Source: Erysipelotrichaceae bacterium (lineage in GTDB: Bacteria > Bacillota_I > Bacilli_A > Erysipelotrichales > Erysipelotrichaceae). From it: DNA of 64,000 nucleotides. The position numbers were made by a program, and so were the translations under genes. Positions 9,791-19,089 of the stretch are shown here, piece by piece. Every line of letters starts with the position of its first letter. Position 1 is the stretch's first letter. The notes under the pieces are model-generated. The model had not been told where the DNA came from, searched no databases, and was given only the letters and a program-made list of their open reading frames with translations. The stretch lies in contig JAFRKA010000016.1 in NCBI GenBank assembly GCA_017432005.1, positions 145,380-209,379 on the forward strand. Direction: 5' to 3'.

Positions 9791-10573
9791 ATGGCAAGAA
9801 TAATTGCGATCGCAAATCAGAAAGGTGGCGTCGGCAAGACGACGACCAGTATCAATCTGGCTGCCGGACTGGCATATCTCAATAGGAAAGTATTACTGGT
9901 GGACTTCGATCCCCAGGGCAATGCGACTCAGGGCATCGGTCACCGCGTCGGTCTCAAGGATCTGACGATCTATGATGCGATACTCAACGGTGCCGATATC
10001 GAAGAGTGCATCCAGACCATCTCCAAACCGCCGCTCGACATCCTGCCTGCCAACATCAATCTGGCCGGTGCCGATCTGGAACTGGCCAAGATCGAGGAAG
10101 GAAGAGAACAGCTGTTAAAGAGAGCATTAAGTCCGATCAGAGATAAGTATGACTACATCATCGTCGACTGTCCGCCATCACTGGGCTTACTCAACACCAA
10201 CGCCCTGACGGCAGCTGATTCCGTGCTGATCCCGGTACAGAGCGAGTACTATGCCCTGGAAGGTATCACCCAGCTCTTACAGACGATCAGACTGGTCCAG
10301 AGATTGTTCAATCCTGATCTCAAGATCGAAGGTGTCTTACTTACGATGTATGATGCCAGGACGAATCTTTCGGCAGAAGTCGGTCAGGAGATCCGCAAGC
10401 ACTTCAAGGAGAAGGCTTACCGGACTTATATCCCGCGCAACGTCAAACTTTCGGAAGCACCAAGCTGCGGTCTGTCGATCTATGACTATGCGATCACTTC
10501 TGAAGGAGCCAAGGCTTATGTCGCTTTGACCAGAGAGGTCATCGCCAATAACGCGGAGGAAGTAAATGGCTAA
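9791..10573 (+). CDS. soj: Chromosome partitioning ATPase ParA/Soj
   Basis: Deviant Walker A motif NQKGGVGKTTT, within a ParA-type sequence throughout. Confidence 0.92.
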   Translation: MARIIAIANQKGGVGKTTTSINLAAGLAYLNRKVLLVDFDPQGNATQGIGHRVGLKDLTIYDAILNGADIEECIQTISKPPLDILPANINLAGADLELAKIEEGREQLLKRALSPIRDKYDYIIVDCPPSLGLLNTNALTAADSVLIPVQSEYYALEGITQLLQTIRLVQRLFNPDLKIEGVLLTMYDARTNLSAEVGQEIRKHFKEKAYRTYIPRNVKLSEAPSCGLSIYDYAITSEGAKAYVALTREVIANNAEEVNG

Positions 10574-11438
10574 GAAGAAACTCGGAAAAGGCCTGAGTGA
10601 GATCTTCGGTGAAGATATCGACAGCTTTCTGGATGATATCTCCAACGGATCTTCGCGATACGGAAGCAGTTCTTCAGAGCTGCCGATCAGACAGATAAGA
10701 CCTAATCCTTATCAGCCCCGCAAGGAGTTCGATGAGGAAGGACTGAAGGAACTGTCTGAATCCATAAAAGAGAACGGCGTCTTCCAGCCGATCCTGGTCA
10801 GGAAATCGCTGCAGGGTTATGAACTGGTAGCCGGTGAAAGAAGACTCAGAGCTTCCAAGATGGCCGGCAAAAAAACGATCCCGGCGATCATCGTTGATTT
10901 CGATGACAGGCAGATGATGGAGATCTCGCTGTTAGAGAACATCCAGCGTAAGGATCTGACACCGATCGAAGAAGCGACGGCCTATGATCAGCTGATCAGA
11001 AAACTGGGCTATACTCAGGAAGAACTGGCCAGAAGGCTGGGCAAATCAAGAGCCAATGTCACGAACATGCTCAGACTGCTGAACCTGCCTTCAGAAGTCA
11101 AGAAATACGTCGATAAAGGGCAGCTGTCCTATGGACAGGCCCGGACCTTATTGGCGATCGAAGATCAGGATGAGATGATCGAGATGGCCAAGAAGACGGT
11201 CAAAGAAGGTCTTTCCGTCAGAGAACTGGAAACATCAGTCTCCAAAGGAAAGAAAGCAAACGGTAAAAAGAAGAAAAAGACGGAGAAGAAGGATCCGTTC
11301 ATGGAGGACGTGATCCGCAGTCTGGAGAAAAAATACGCCACCAAGGTGGAAATACGCAACAAGATGATAAGTATAAAGTATACTGATACTGAAGACTTAA
11401 ACAGAATTCTTGAAATAATGGGAGTCATTGAGGACTAA
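10566..11438 (+). CDS. spo0J: Chromosome partitioning protein ParB/Spo0J
   Basis: NPYQPRK...GVFQPILVR...YELVAGERRLRAS and the HTH QEELARRLGKSRANVTNMLRLLNL. It overlaps soj by 8 nt. Confidence 0.92.
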   Translation: MAKKKLGKGLSEIFGEDIDSFLDDISNGSSRYGSSSSELPIRQIRPNPYQPRKEFDEEGLKELSESIKENGVFQPILVRKSLQGYELVAGERRLRASKMAGKKTIPAIIVDFDDRQMMEISLLENIQRKDLTPIEEATAYDQLIRKLGYTQEELARRLGKSRANVTNMLRLLNLPSEVKKYVDKGQLSYGQARTLLAIEDQDEMIEMAKKTVKEGLSVRELETSVSKGKKANGKKKKKTEKKDPFMEDVIRSLEKKYATKVEIRNKMISIKYTDTEDLNRILEIMGVIED

Positions 11439-11453
11439 GAAAGGAAAATTACT

Positions 11454-12635
11454 ATGAGTGAAAAAGAAGATAAGATCGTTCTGACTTTAGGTGAAGAAAA
11501 AGTTGAAGAAGAACTGATCCAGGAAGAAACAAAGGAAGAAACAGCAGAGAAGGACCATGCGACTGTTCCGGTATCTGATGTAGTCGGTTATGCAAAACTC
11601 GATGATTCTTCCCTGAGTGAAGAAGAGAAGAAGATGGTCGATGAATTCTCCAAGCAGATCGATATCAATGAGACCAACACGATCCTGCAGTACGGCGCAA
11701 CGGCTCAGAACAAGGTCGCTGATTTCTCCGATACAGCACTTAAGAACGTCAAGACCAAGGATATCGATACTGTCGGTGATACTTTACTGGAACTGGTAGC
11801 CCAGCTGAAGAATTTCGATGTCGATGACAAGAATGACAACTTCTTCCAGAAACTCTTCAAGAAGGGTGCCAACTCGATCTCTGATGTCAAAGCCAAATAC
11901 GACAGCGCCAATGCGAACGTCGACAAGATCGTCAAGATCCTGGAAAATCATCAGATCGTTCTGATGAAGGACATCAACCTGTTGGATCAGCTGTATGAAA
12001 AGAACCTGGTCAACTTCAAGGAACTGACGATGTATATCCTGGCCGGATACAAGAAGCTGGCTGAAGTAAAGGCCAATGATCTGCCGGCTGCCTTAAAGAA
12101 AGCGGAAGAATCAGGATTACCTGAAGATGCACAGGCTGCCAATGACCTGTCTGAGGCCATCACCCGTTTCGAAAAGAAGCTTCATGACCTGGAACTGACC
12201 AGAATGGTCTCCATCCAGATGGCTCCGCAGATCCGTCTGGTCCAGAACAACGATACACTGATGACCGAAAAGATCCAGTCAACGCTGGTCAACACGATCC
12301 CTCTGTGGAAATCACAGATGCTGATAGCACTGGGTATCGCTCACTCCAAGGAAGCTGTCAAGGCTCAGAACGAAGTCTCTGAGATGACCAACAAGATGCT
12401 GAAGCAGAATGCTGAAAATCTGAAGATGGCTACGATCGAGACAGCCAAGGAATCTGAAAGAGGTATCGTTGACATTCAGACCCTCACTGAGACCAACAAG
12501 AAGCTCATTGAGACCCTGGAAGAAGTCAAACGTATCCAGACTGAAGGTAGAGAGAAACGTCTGGCTGCTCAGACTGAACTGCGCAGGATCGAAACTGAAC
12601 TGCAAAGAGAGCTCACGGACGTCGTCAACAAATAA
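11454..12635 (+). CDS. TelA/YaaN-family toxic anion resistance-like protein
   Basis: At 393 aa, its size and coiled-coil-rich sequence fit the TelA family, and its position after spo0J resembles other Bacillota. Confidence 0.65.
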   Translation: MSEKEDKIVLTLGEEKVEEELIQEETKEETAEKDHATVPVSDVVGYAKLDDSSLSEEEKKMVDEFSKQIDINETNTILQYGATAQNKVADFSDTALKNVKTKDIDTVGDTLLELVAQLKNFDVDDKNDNFFQKLFKKGANSISDVKAKYDSANANVDKIVKILENHQIVLMKDINLLDQLYEKNLVNFKELTMYILAGYKKLAEVKANDLPAALKKAEESGLPEDAQAANDLSEAITRFEKKLHDLELTRMVSIQMAPQIRLVQNNDTLMTEKIQSTLVNTIPLWKSQMLIALGIAHSKEAVKAQNEVSEMTNKMLKQNAENLKMATIETAKESERGIVDIQTLTETNKKLIETLEEVKRIQTEGREKRLAAQTELRRIETELQRELTDVVNK

Positions 12636-12643
12636 GCTATTAA

Positions 12644-12672
12644 GGACAGATCGCAATACGGTCTGTCTTTTT
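12644..12672 (+). terminator. Intrinsic terminator
   Basis: GACAGA...TCTGTC stem followed by TTTTT. Confidence 0.7.
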
Positions 12673-12753
12673 AACAAGAAGGGTGTTATCTATTTCATAT
12701 TGGTAGCCCTAATATTTTACGCAAATAATTTAGGTGGAAGGAGAAAGATAGAT

Positions 12754-13035
12754 ATGGAAGATAAAAAAACAGTAGATCAGCAACAGCTGGAAGAAGTTAG
12801 TGGAGGATTTGAAGAACAGACTGAAGAGATCAGAAAGTTCATCCGTAAGCATGACCCTGGATACAGGATCGACAATGATTTTGATATCATGAGATGGCTG
12901 ATGTTTAAATCAGGGATCGGTTTCAGTGGCGTATCAGCCAATGTTGATTTCTTCAATAGCTATTCACTTTCAGATGGTACAAAGATCACTCATGAGGAGC
13001 TGATGAAAATGCTTAATGAGCGTTTTCCTGAATAA
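12754..13035 (+). CDS. Small protein with double-glycine (GG) type leader
   Basis: 93 aa with a GGAAGGAG RBS 6-13 nt upstream and terminators on both sides. The N-terminus MEDKKTVDQQQLEEVSGG-F has hydrophobic residues at -4 (V), -7 (L) and -12 (V) relative to GG. Confidence 0.6.
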   Translation: MEDKKTVDQQQLEEVSGGFEEQTEEIRKFIRKHDPGYRIDNDFDIMRWLMFKSGIGFSGVSANVDFFNSYSLSDGTKITHEELMKMLNERFPE

Positions 13036-13066
13036 AGATCTGAACCAATAGAAAATACCAGTAAAG

Positions 13067-13092
13067 ACAGCACAGAAATGTGCTGTTTCTTA
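13067..13092 (+). terminator. Intrinsic terminator
   Basis: ACAGCACA-gaaa-TGTGCTGT stem followed by TTCTT. Confidence 0.7.
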
Positions 13093-13183
13093 TATTTTGT
13101 GAACGATATAAAGAAGAGAAAAGACCGTGTTTCTTGTTGCAGAAAAACAAATTACGATAAAATAAATACAGGAGAAAAATAAC

Positions 13184-13762
13184 ATGGATAATAGCAAAAA
13201 ATGTGCGATATGCGGAAATGAACTGACCAGATACGGTAATAAGAAGCTCAAGGATGGTATCCTGTGCCGTGACTGTGTCAAACTGGCTTCACCCTGGCTG
13301 AATGATGACGATTATCTGGCCAGAGATACCGAGGCTATGAAGAAGCATCTTGAATATCGCGAGATGAATAAGGAGAAACTTAAAGATTTTGTTGAAGAAC
13401 GCAGTGTGAAGGGAAAATATTCCCTGTATCTCGATGAAGATACCAGACAGTTCGTCGTCAGCAAGCGCAAGGATTTCAAGAAGGATAACGCCGATCTGCT
13501 GTCCTATGATGAGATCGAAGAGCTGAGCATCTTTGAAGAGAAATACAGTGATGAACAGGAAGGCGTCGATCTGCTTATGGATATCAGGTTAAGCAATCCG
13601 GAGATCGACAATATCTGTTTCCGTATCAATGAATTTCCGGGATTGGAAAAGGATTCCGAAGATTATAAAAAAACACTTAGTCTGGCTTTTGAATACCTGA
13701 ATGCCTTCGACGGTGAGAAGGGTATCGACTTTGAACAGACGGAAGGAGAGAAATATGAGTGA
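13184..13762 (+). CDS. DUF4428-like zinc-ribbon protein
   Basis: N-terminal CAICG...x17...CRDC zinc-ribbon, followed by an acidic region. Confidence 0.6.
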   Translation: MDNSKKCAICGNELTRYGNKKLKDGILCRDCVKLASPWLNDDDYLARDTEAMKKHLEYREMNKEKLKDFVEERSVKGKYSLYLDEDTRQFVVSKRKDFKKDNADLLSYDEIEELSIFEEKYSDEQEGVDLLMDIRLSNPEIDNICFRINEFPGLEKDSEDYKKTLSLAFEYLNAFDGEKGIDFEQTEGEKYE

Positions 13763-13922
13763 AAAACTGAACAGAAATGAAGGCGGCAGAAAGACCAAGA
13801 TGGTCAAAGGCAACGTCTCCAGGATCAGAAGAGGATCGAGAAAGCTCGGTACCGGTCGGGTCGGCGAAAGCCTCGGACTGATGGACAGAGTAAGAGATAT
13901 CGTGAGGGCAGGCAAGAAATGA
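13755..13922 (+). CDS. Very basic 55-aa micro-protein
   Basis: MSEKLNRNEGGRKTKMVKGNVSRIRRGSRKLGTGRVGESLGLMDRVRDIVRAGKK, with a GGAGAG RBS. It overlaps the upstream gene by 8 nt and the downstream gene by ATGA. Coding status is not proven. Confidence 0.4.
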   Translation: MSEKLNRNEGGRKTKMVKGNVSRIRRGSRKLGTGRVGESLGLMDRVRDIVRAGKK

Positions 13923-16144
13923 AGAAAAGAAGATTTTCGTTTATCAAGTTCCTGCTGATAGCGATCGCCGTGATCGTGGTGATCAGTTTTATTTCATCCA
14001 TGTTCATGAGACCGCAGACAGTGGGGCCTAATGCGACCCCGATCGATAACACTACGGATGACGGAAAGACCTCTTATGAAGGCTTCAATGCCGATGCGCT
14101 TTCCACATCTTATTCCAGCACCTGGAAGCTTACCAGCAATGTGGGAACGCTAAACAGTGCGGTCGTTGCCGGTGTACGTCCGAAGAGGACACAGATCATC
14201 GGCAACAAACAGGACAAGGTCCTGATCATGGTCTACATGTGCGGATCAGATCTGGAATCACAGTCTGCCATGGGTGTCTATGACCTGGTGGAGATGGCCA
14301 ATGCGGATTTCAGTGACAATGTCAATCTGGTCGTCTATACCGGCGGTACCACCAAGTGGCATACCGATGCGATATCCAACAGATACAATCAGATCTATAA
14401 AGTCATGGGAGACGGAAAGATCCAGCCGCTGGTCGAGAATGCCGGGACCGGTGCGATGATCGACCCGGATACCCTGACCAGTTTCATTGAATATGCAACA
14501 TCCAATTTTGAAGCCAACCGTTATGAACTGATCTTCTGGGATCATGGCGGGGGAACCGTTTCGGGTTACGGCTATGACGAGAAGTATCCGCGTTCCGGAT
14601 CCATGTCACTGTCGCAGATCGATAAGGCTCTGACCAATGCCGGGATCGAATTCGATTTCATCGGTTTCGACTGCTGTCTGATGGCAACGACGGAAACAGC
14701 TCTGATGCTCAGTGAACACGCTGACTACATGATCGGATCCGAGGAATCTGAACCGGGCATCGGCTGGTACTACACCAACTGGCTGAGCAAGCTTTCGAAC
14801 AATCCTTCGATGCCGACGCTGGAGATCGGCAAGAACATCGCTGATGATTTCGTCAGCAAATGCCGTCAGGATACACCTAGCCAGATCGCTACGTTGTCTG
14901 TCATCGACCTGGCGGAGATCGAAGATATCATTCCGAACAAGCTCAGTGCTTTCGCCAGTGATACGAAGGAACTGATCAGTACGGATTACCGCAATGTCGC
15001 TTCCGCAAGATCCGGAGCGAGAGAATTCGCTCAGGAATCTTATATCGATATGGTTGACTTCATCGGTCTGGCATCCAATATGCAGACTCAGGAAGGCAAC
15101 GAACTGGCTCAGGCGCTGATGAGTGCTGTCAAATACAACAACACCAACGTCTCCAACGCCTACGGTCTGTCCGTCTACTTCCCTTACCGCTCGACTAAAT
15201 ATCTGGGAACAGTGCTCAATGTCTACAATGAAGTAGATATGAACGAAGAATATGCCGACTGCATCCGCAGCTTTGCTTCCTACCAGGGCGGCGGCCAGGT
15301 CTCATCAGGCGGTTCACATCAGGCTTATCAGAGTTTCAACAACTCCGATTATACGCAGTACTACAACAGCCAGAGTTCATCGGAAGCTCTGTTCAATATC
15401 CTTGAACTGTTCATGGGCGGCGGATACGGAACGGACAGCGGTTATTCAAGCTACTACAGCAGCGGCATGGATTCCTGGTTCGACCGTTCCATGACGAAAG
15501 AGATCTCTGACTATGTGTCAAAGAATCACTTCGACGGCGATCTGAACTGGAAGGATGACAAGATAACTCTGAGCGATGAACAGTGGGAGATGGTGACTTC
15601 ACTGAAGCTCAATGTCTTCATTGATGACGGTTCAGGCTATATCGACCTGGGCAAGGATGCCCTGTATGAATTCGATGATAAGAATGCCCTGCTGAAACCG
15701 GAAGAACTGACCTGGATGGTCGCTTCTGCGGATAACGACAACTGGCAATTCGTTCCGTTCTACTATATGTACAAGACGACAGACGGTGACAAGACAGTAT
15801 ATACCGGCAGGATCCCAGTCTTACTCAACGGGAAACTGGCCAACCTCATGGTCGAGATCGATGATGATCTGAAAGTCATCGGTGCCAACTATGACTACCG
15901 CGACGAAGCCGACATGGTCTCTAAAAATCTCTATGAGATCAAAGAAGGTGATGAGATCGAATTCGTCTGTGACTACTATGACTACAACGGCAACTACGAT
16001 GATTCCTACATCCTGGGCGACAAGCTGATCGTCAAGGATGAGATCTATCTCGGCGACATGTCACTGACAGAGGAAAATGCGCTGGCTTCCTATGAGTTCA
16101 AGGATATCTACCAGCAGGCCTACTATTCTGAGGCGATCAGATAG
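13919..16144 (+). CDS. Membrane-anchored clostripain-like cysteine peptidase (family C11)
   Basis: N-terminal TM anchor (FIKFLLIAIAVIVVISFISSMF). Catalytic His (LIFWDHGGG) and Cys (FIGFDCCLMAT) motifs of C11. A Ser/Tyr/Gly-rich linker and an uncharacterised C-terminal domain of roughly 230 aa follow. Confidence 0.8.
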   Translation: MKKRRFSFIKFLLIAIAVIVVISFISSMFMRPQTVGPNATPIDNTTDDGKTSYEGFNADALSTSYSSTWKLTSNVGTLNSAVVAGVRPKRTQIIGNKQDKVLIMVYMCGSDLESQSAMGVYDLVEMANADFSDNVNLVVYTGGTTKWHTDAISNRYNQIYKVMGDGKIQPLVENAGTGAMIDPDTLTSFIEYATSNFEANRYELIFWDHGGGTVSGYGYDEKYPRSGSMSLSQIDKALTNAGIEFDFIGFDCCLMATTETALMLSEHADYMIGSEESEPGIGWYYTNWLSKLSNNPSMPTLEIGKNIADDFVSKCRQDTPSQIATLSVIDLAEIEDIIPNKLSAFASDTKELISTDYRNVASARSGAREFAQESYIDMVDFIGLASNMQTQEGNELAQALMSAVKYNNTNVSNAYGLSVYFPYRSTKYLGTVLNVYNEVDMNEEYADCIRSFASYQGGGQVSSGGSHQAYQSFNNSDYTQYYNSQSSSEALFNILELFMGGGYGTDSGYSSYYSSGMDSWFDRSMTKEISDYVSKNHFDGDLNWKDDKITLSDEQWEMVTSLKLNVFIDDGSGYIDLGKDALYEFDDKNALLKPEELTWMVASADNDNWQFVPFYYMYKTTDGDKTVYTGRIPVLLNGKLANLMVEIDDDLKVIGANYDYRDEADMVSKNLYEIKEGDEIEFVCDYYDYNGNYDDSYILGDKLIVKDEIYLGDMSLTEENALASYEFKDIYQQAYYSEAIR

Positions 16145-16153
16145 GAGAAGGGA

Positions 16154-16495
16154 ATGCTGACGATCGGAAAACTTCGGGAATACGGTGCTGATGTCGACAC
16201 CGGACTGCAGAGGCTGATGGATAACGAGGAGTTCTACCTCAAGATGGTGAATGTCTTTCTGGAGGAAAAGAATTTCAACAATCTGGAAGAGGCTCTGAAA
16301 GCAGGTGATCTGACAAAGGCCTTTGAGGCTGCACATGCCCTGAAGGGCGTTTCAGCCAATCTTTCTCTGACTCCTTTCTACAACGTCATCTATGAGCTGA
16401 CGGAACTGCTCAGAAACGGCACGCAGATGGATTATTCAGAGTATCTCGATAAGATCGCCCAAGAGCGTCAGAAGCTCGAAGATCTTGTGAAGTAG
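16154..16495 (+). CDS. Stand-alone Hpt (histidine phosphotransfer) domain protein
   Basis: AAHALKGVSANLSL is the HxLKG phospho-His motif. The size of 113 aa fits a single four-helix Hpt domain. Confidence 0.7.
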   Translation: MLTIGKLREYGADVDTGLQRLMDNEEFYLKMVNVFLEEKNFNNLEEALKAGDLTKAFEAAHALKGVSANLSLTPFYNVIYELTELLRNGTQMDYSEYLDKIAQERQKLEDLVK

Positions 16496-16521
16496 CATAT
16501 CTTAAAAATCTATTTAATGAT

Positions 16522-16552
16522 AAGACTGTTCTGTTACGGACAGTCTTTTCTG
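16522..16552 (+). terminator. Intrinsic terminator
   Basis: AAGACTG...CAGTCTT stem followed by TTC. Confidence 0.65.
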
Positions 16553-16582
16553 TATGGTTAAGCGTAAAGTATAATTAAGACG

Positions 16583-17482
16583 ATGAAATATACCTCGGAC
16601 GGAAGATGGCTGCACATCGATATCGATTTCCTGTTCGTAAAGACGATCCAGGAGTTTTTCGATGAATATATCCCTTCACGCAAGGTCCAGCATCTTCTGA
16701 TCCAGAACAAGCACATCCTTCTTGACGGCAATCCCGTCAAAAGGGAAGATGACATCGTCGGACTTAAACTGGATATCAATATCTATCCGGAGACATATGC
16801 ATACGAAAAAGTCGAACTGAGACCGGACATCATCTATGAGGATGAACTGATCCTGGTCGTAAACAAACCAAAAGACCTGCTGGTACACTCTGACGGCAAT
16901 GAAGAAATGACCCTGAGCAGGATCGTAGAATCATATTATGTTGATAAGAATTATATCTCGGCTATTCCGATCCACCGACTCGACAAAGAGACGAGCGGTC
17001 TGGTCATCTTTTCCAAATCCGTCGTCTTCCAGCCTCTGCTGGACAGGTATCTGAGTGAAAAGAAGATCAGAAGGAACTACCTGGCTTTCGTTTCCGGAAA
17101 GATGGAACCGGAAAAGACGATGACCATCGACACGGCGATCGGCAGAGACCGTCACAGTTCCGGAAAGTATGTGATCCATAAGGGCGGACAAAGTGCCCTG
17201 ACCAAGGTGCGCTGTCTGGCCTGCAACAGAGCGAAGAACTGTTCGGTCCTGCTGTGTTCTTTAGAGACAGGAAGGACCCATCAGATCAGAGTCCATCTGT
17301 CTTCAGTCGGCTATCCGATCCTCAATGATGAACTGTATGGCGTAAAGTCGGATCTGTGTATCCGCATGGGTCTTTTTGCGCATGATATCGAGATGTATCA
17401 CCCGCTTAAGGAAGATAATCTGAAGATCGAAGGCGATCTTCCGAAAGATCTGGAGAAACTGTATCTGGAGTGTCTGAAATGA
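16583..17482 (+). CDS. RluA-family 23S rRNA pseudouridine synthase (RluD-like)
   Basis: S4-like N-terminus, HRLDKETSGLVIF (catalytic Asp) and GRTHQIRVHL motifs. Confidence 0.9.
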   Translation: MKYTSDGRWLHIDIDFLFVKTIQEFFDEYIPSRKVQHLLIQNKHILLDGNPVKREDDIVGLKLDINIYPETYAYEKVELRPDIIYEDELILVVNKPKDLLVHSDGNEEMTLSRIVESYYVDKNYISAIPIHRLDKETSGLVIFSKSVVFQPLLDRYLSEKKIRRNYLAFVSGKMEPEKTMTIDTAIGRDRHSSGKYVIHKGGQSALTKVRCLACNRAKNCSVLLCSLETGRTHQIRVHLSSVGYPILNDELYGVKSDLCIRMGLFAHDIEMYHPLKEDNLKIEGDLPKDLEKLYLECLK

Positions 17483-17955
17483 AAACGAATGCGATGCGGA
17501 TGCTGGACAGGGACAAAGTCCCGTATGAAGTACTGGAATACGAACTGGATAAAGATAAATTCTCTGGTGAAGCTGTTTCCGATCTGCTGGGACTGGAGTA
17601 TAAACAGTGTTATAAAACACTGGCTCTTTTGCATGATCATGATGTCTATATCTGCGTGATCTCCGTAGCTGATGAGATCGATCTCAAGAAAGCAGCCAAA
17701 GCATTGAACGTCAAGAATCTGGAGATGGTCCATGTGAAAGATCTTTTAAAGCTGACGGGTTACGAAAGAGGCAGTGTCTCGCCGGTCGGGATCAGAAAGA
17801 ATAAAGCTATCTGTTTCGATGATGAAGTGATGGAACATGAAGAGATCGAGATCTCCGGGGGAGCCTACGGGATCGGACTGAAAGTGAAAAGGGATGATCT
17901 GCTTAAATATCTTGATGCACAGGTAAAGGATATCGTAAAAGATAATGAAATATGA
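17479..17955 (+). CDS. ybaK: Cys-tRNA(Pro)/Cys-tRNA(Cys) deacylase YbaK/EbsC
   Basis: MKTNAMRMLD...VPYEV...YKTL...GYERGSVSPVG...ISGG motifs. The start forms an ATGA overlap with the upstream stop. Confidence 0.8.
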   Translation: MKTNAMRMLDRDKVPYEVLEYELDKDKFSGEAVSDLLGLEYKQCYKTLALLHDHDVYICVISVADEIDLKKAAKALNVKNLEMVHVKDLLKLTGYERGSVSPVGIRKNKAICFDDEVMEHEEIEISGGAYGIGLKVKRDDLLKYLDAQVKDIVKDNEI

Positions 17956-18574
17956 TGCAGTGATAGTCGCTTCCGGCAAAGGGGTGAGAGCCAATTTGGG
18001 CTACAACAAAGCTTTCTATGTCATGAAAGACGGCAGCAGTGTGCTGATGCATACCGTCTCCGTTTTCAAGTGCGATGCGGACTGTGAAAGGATCATCATC
18101 GTTACAAATAAGGAATATATGGACAGGATCCCTGAGGATGAAAAGATCATTTTGGTCGAAGGCGGTCAGGAAAGAAAAGATTCCGTCCGCAACGGACTGA
18201 ATAAAGTCGAAAGTGAATACGTCCTGATCCATGACGGAGCCAGACCTTTCCTTCATCCGGAAGCACTGGAAGAAGTCAAGGAAAAAGTTACCGAGGCAGG
18301 AGCAGTCGTCCTGGGACATATGGCTTTTGATACGGTCAAGATCGTCAATGATGGTATCGTGGAAAAAACGATCGATCGCAATACGGTCTTCATGGCCGAG
18401 ACACCTCAGGCTTTTAAGAGCGAACTGATTAAGTACGCCTACGCAAGATGTGCCGATATTATTTTTACCGATGATGCCTCACTGGCAGAATCGCTGGGAA
18501 TAAAAGTTCATATCGTGATCGATCGTTTTGACAACCACAAGCTGACGAGCGAGGAAGACTTCAGGGATCTATGA
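17945..18574 (+). CDS. ispD: 2-C-methyl-D-erythritol 4-phosphate cytidylyltransferase
   Basis: AVIVASGKGVR, VLIHDGARPF and ETPQAFK motifs. Confidence 0.85.
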   Translation: MKYDAVIVASGKGVRANLGYNKAFYVMKDGSSVLMHTVSVFKCDADCERIIIVTNKEYMDRIPEDEKIILVEGGQERKDSVRNGLNKVESEYVLIHDGARPFLHPEALEEVKEKVTEAGAVVLGHMAFDTVKIVNDGIVEKTIDRNTVFMAETPQAFKSELIKYAYARCADIIFTDDASLAESLGIKVHIVIDRFDNHKLTSEEDFRDL

Positions 18575-19089
18575 TCAGGGAAGTGATCGTCGTCGAGGGA
18601 GTCAATGATACAAAAAGACTGAAGTCTTTTTTTGATGTCGAAACGATCGAGACACACGGGATGGGCTTAAGTGACAGGACCATCGATTTCATAAAGGAGA
18701 TAAACGACAGAAGAGGAGTGATCCTGTTTCTGGATCCCGATACACCGGGTGAGAAGATCAGGGAGCGCATCAACAGTAAGATCCCGGGACTCAAGAATGC
18801 CTTCGTGATGAAGAAAGATGCCCGTACTAATAAGAAAGTAGGCATCGAACACGCCTCAAAGGAAATACTTGAAGAAGCACTGAACAATCTGATCACTTTC
18901 TGTGAACCGAAGGATTCTTTAAGCAAGGAAGAGTTCTATGAACTTGGACTCAGCGGAGAAAAAGATTCTGCGGCAAAAAGAGAGAAGGTGGCTGAACAGA
19001 TGCATCTGGGCAAATGTAACGCCAAGACGATGTTTACCAGACTGAACATGCTGGGAATAGATAAGAAACAGCTGGAGGAGATCCTGTGA
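18571..19089 (+). CDS. rnmV: Ribonuclease M5
   Basis: Toprim-type N-terminus IVVEGVNDTKRLK...ILFLDPDTPGEKIR, plus position directly upstream of rsmA as in Bacillus. Confidence 0.85.
   Translation: MIREVIVVEGVNDTKRLKSFFDVETIETHGMGLSDRTIDFIKEINDRRGVILFLDPDTPGEKIRERINSKIPGLKNAFVMKKDARTNKKVGIEHASKEILEEALNNLITFCEPKDSLSKEEFYELGLSGEKDSAAKREKVAEQMHLGKCNAKTMFTRLNMLGIDKKQLEEIL

Noticed and set aside
9031-11438. parS (TGTTNCACGTGAAACA) and Noc-binding (ATTTCCCGGGAAAT) sites expected near or within the spo0J and noc-like genes.
   Set aside because: Reading by eye found only partial half-sites, for example CACGTGAAAAAC at about 39969 and TTTCCCGGG at about 8571, with no full palindrome. A pattern search allowing two mismatches is needed before any site can be claimed.
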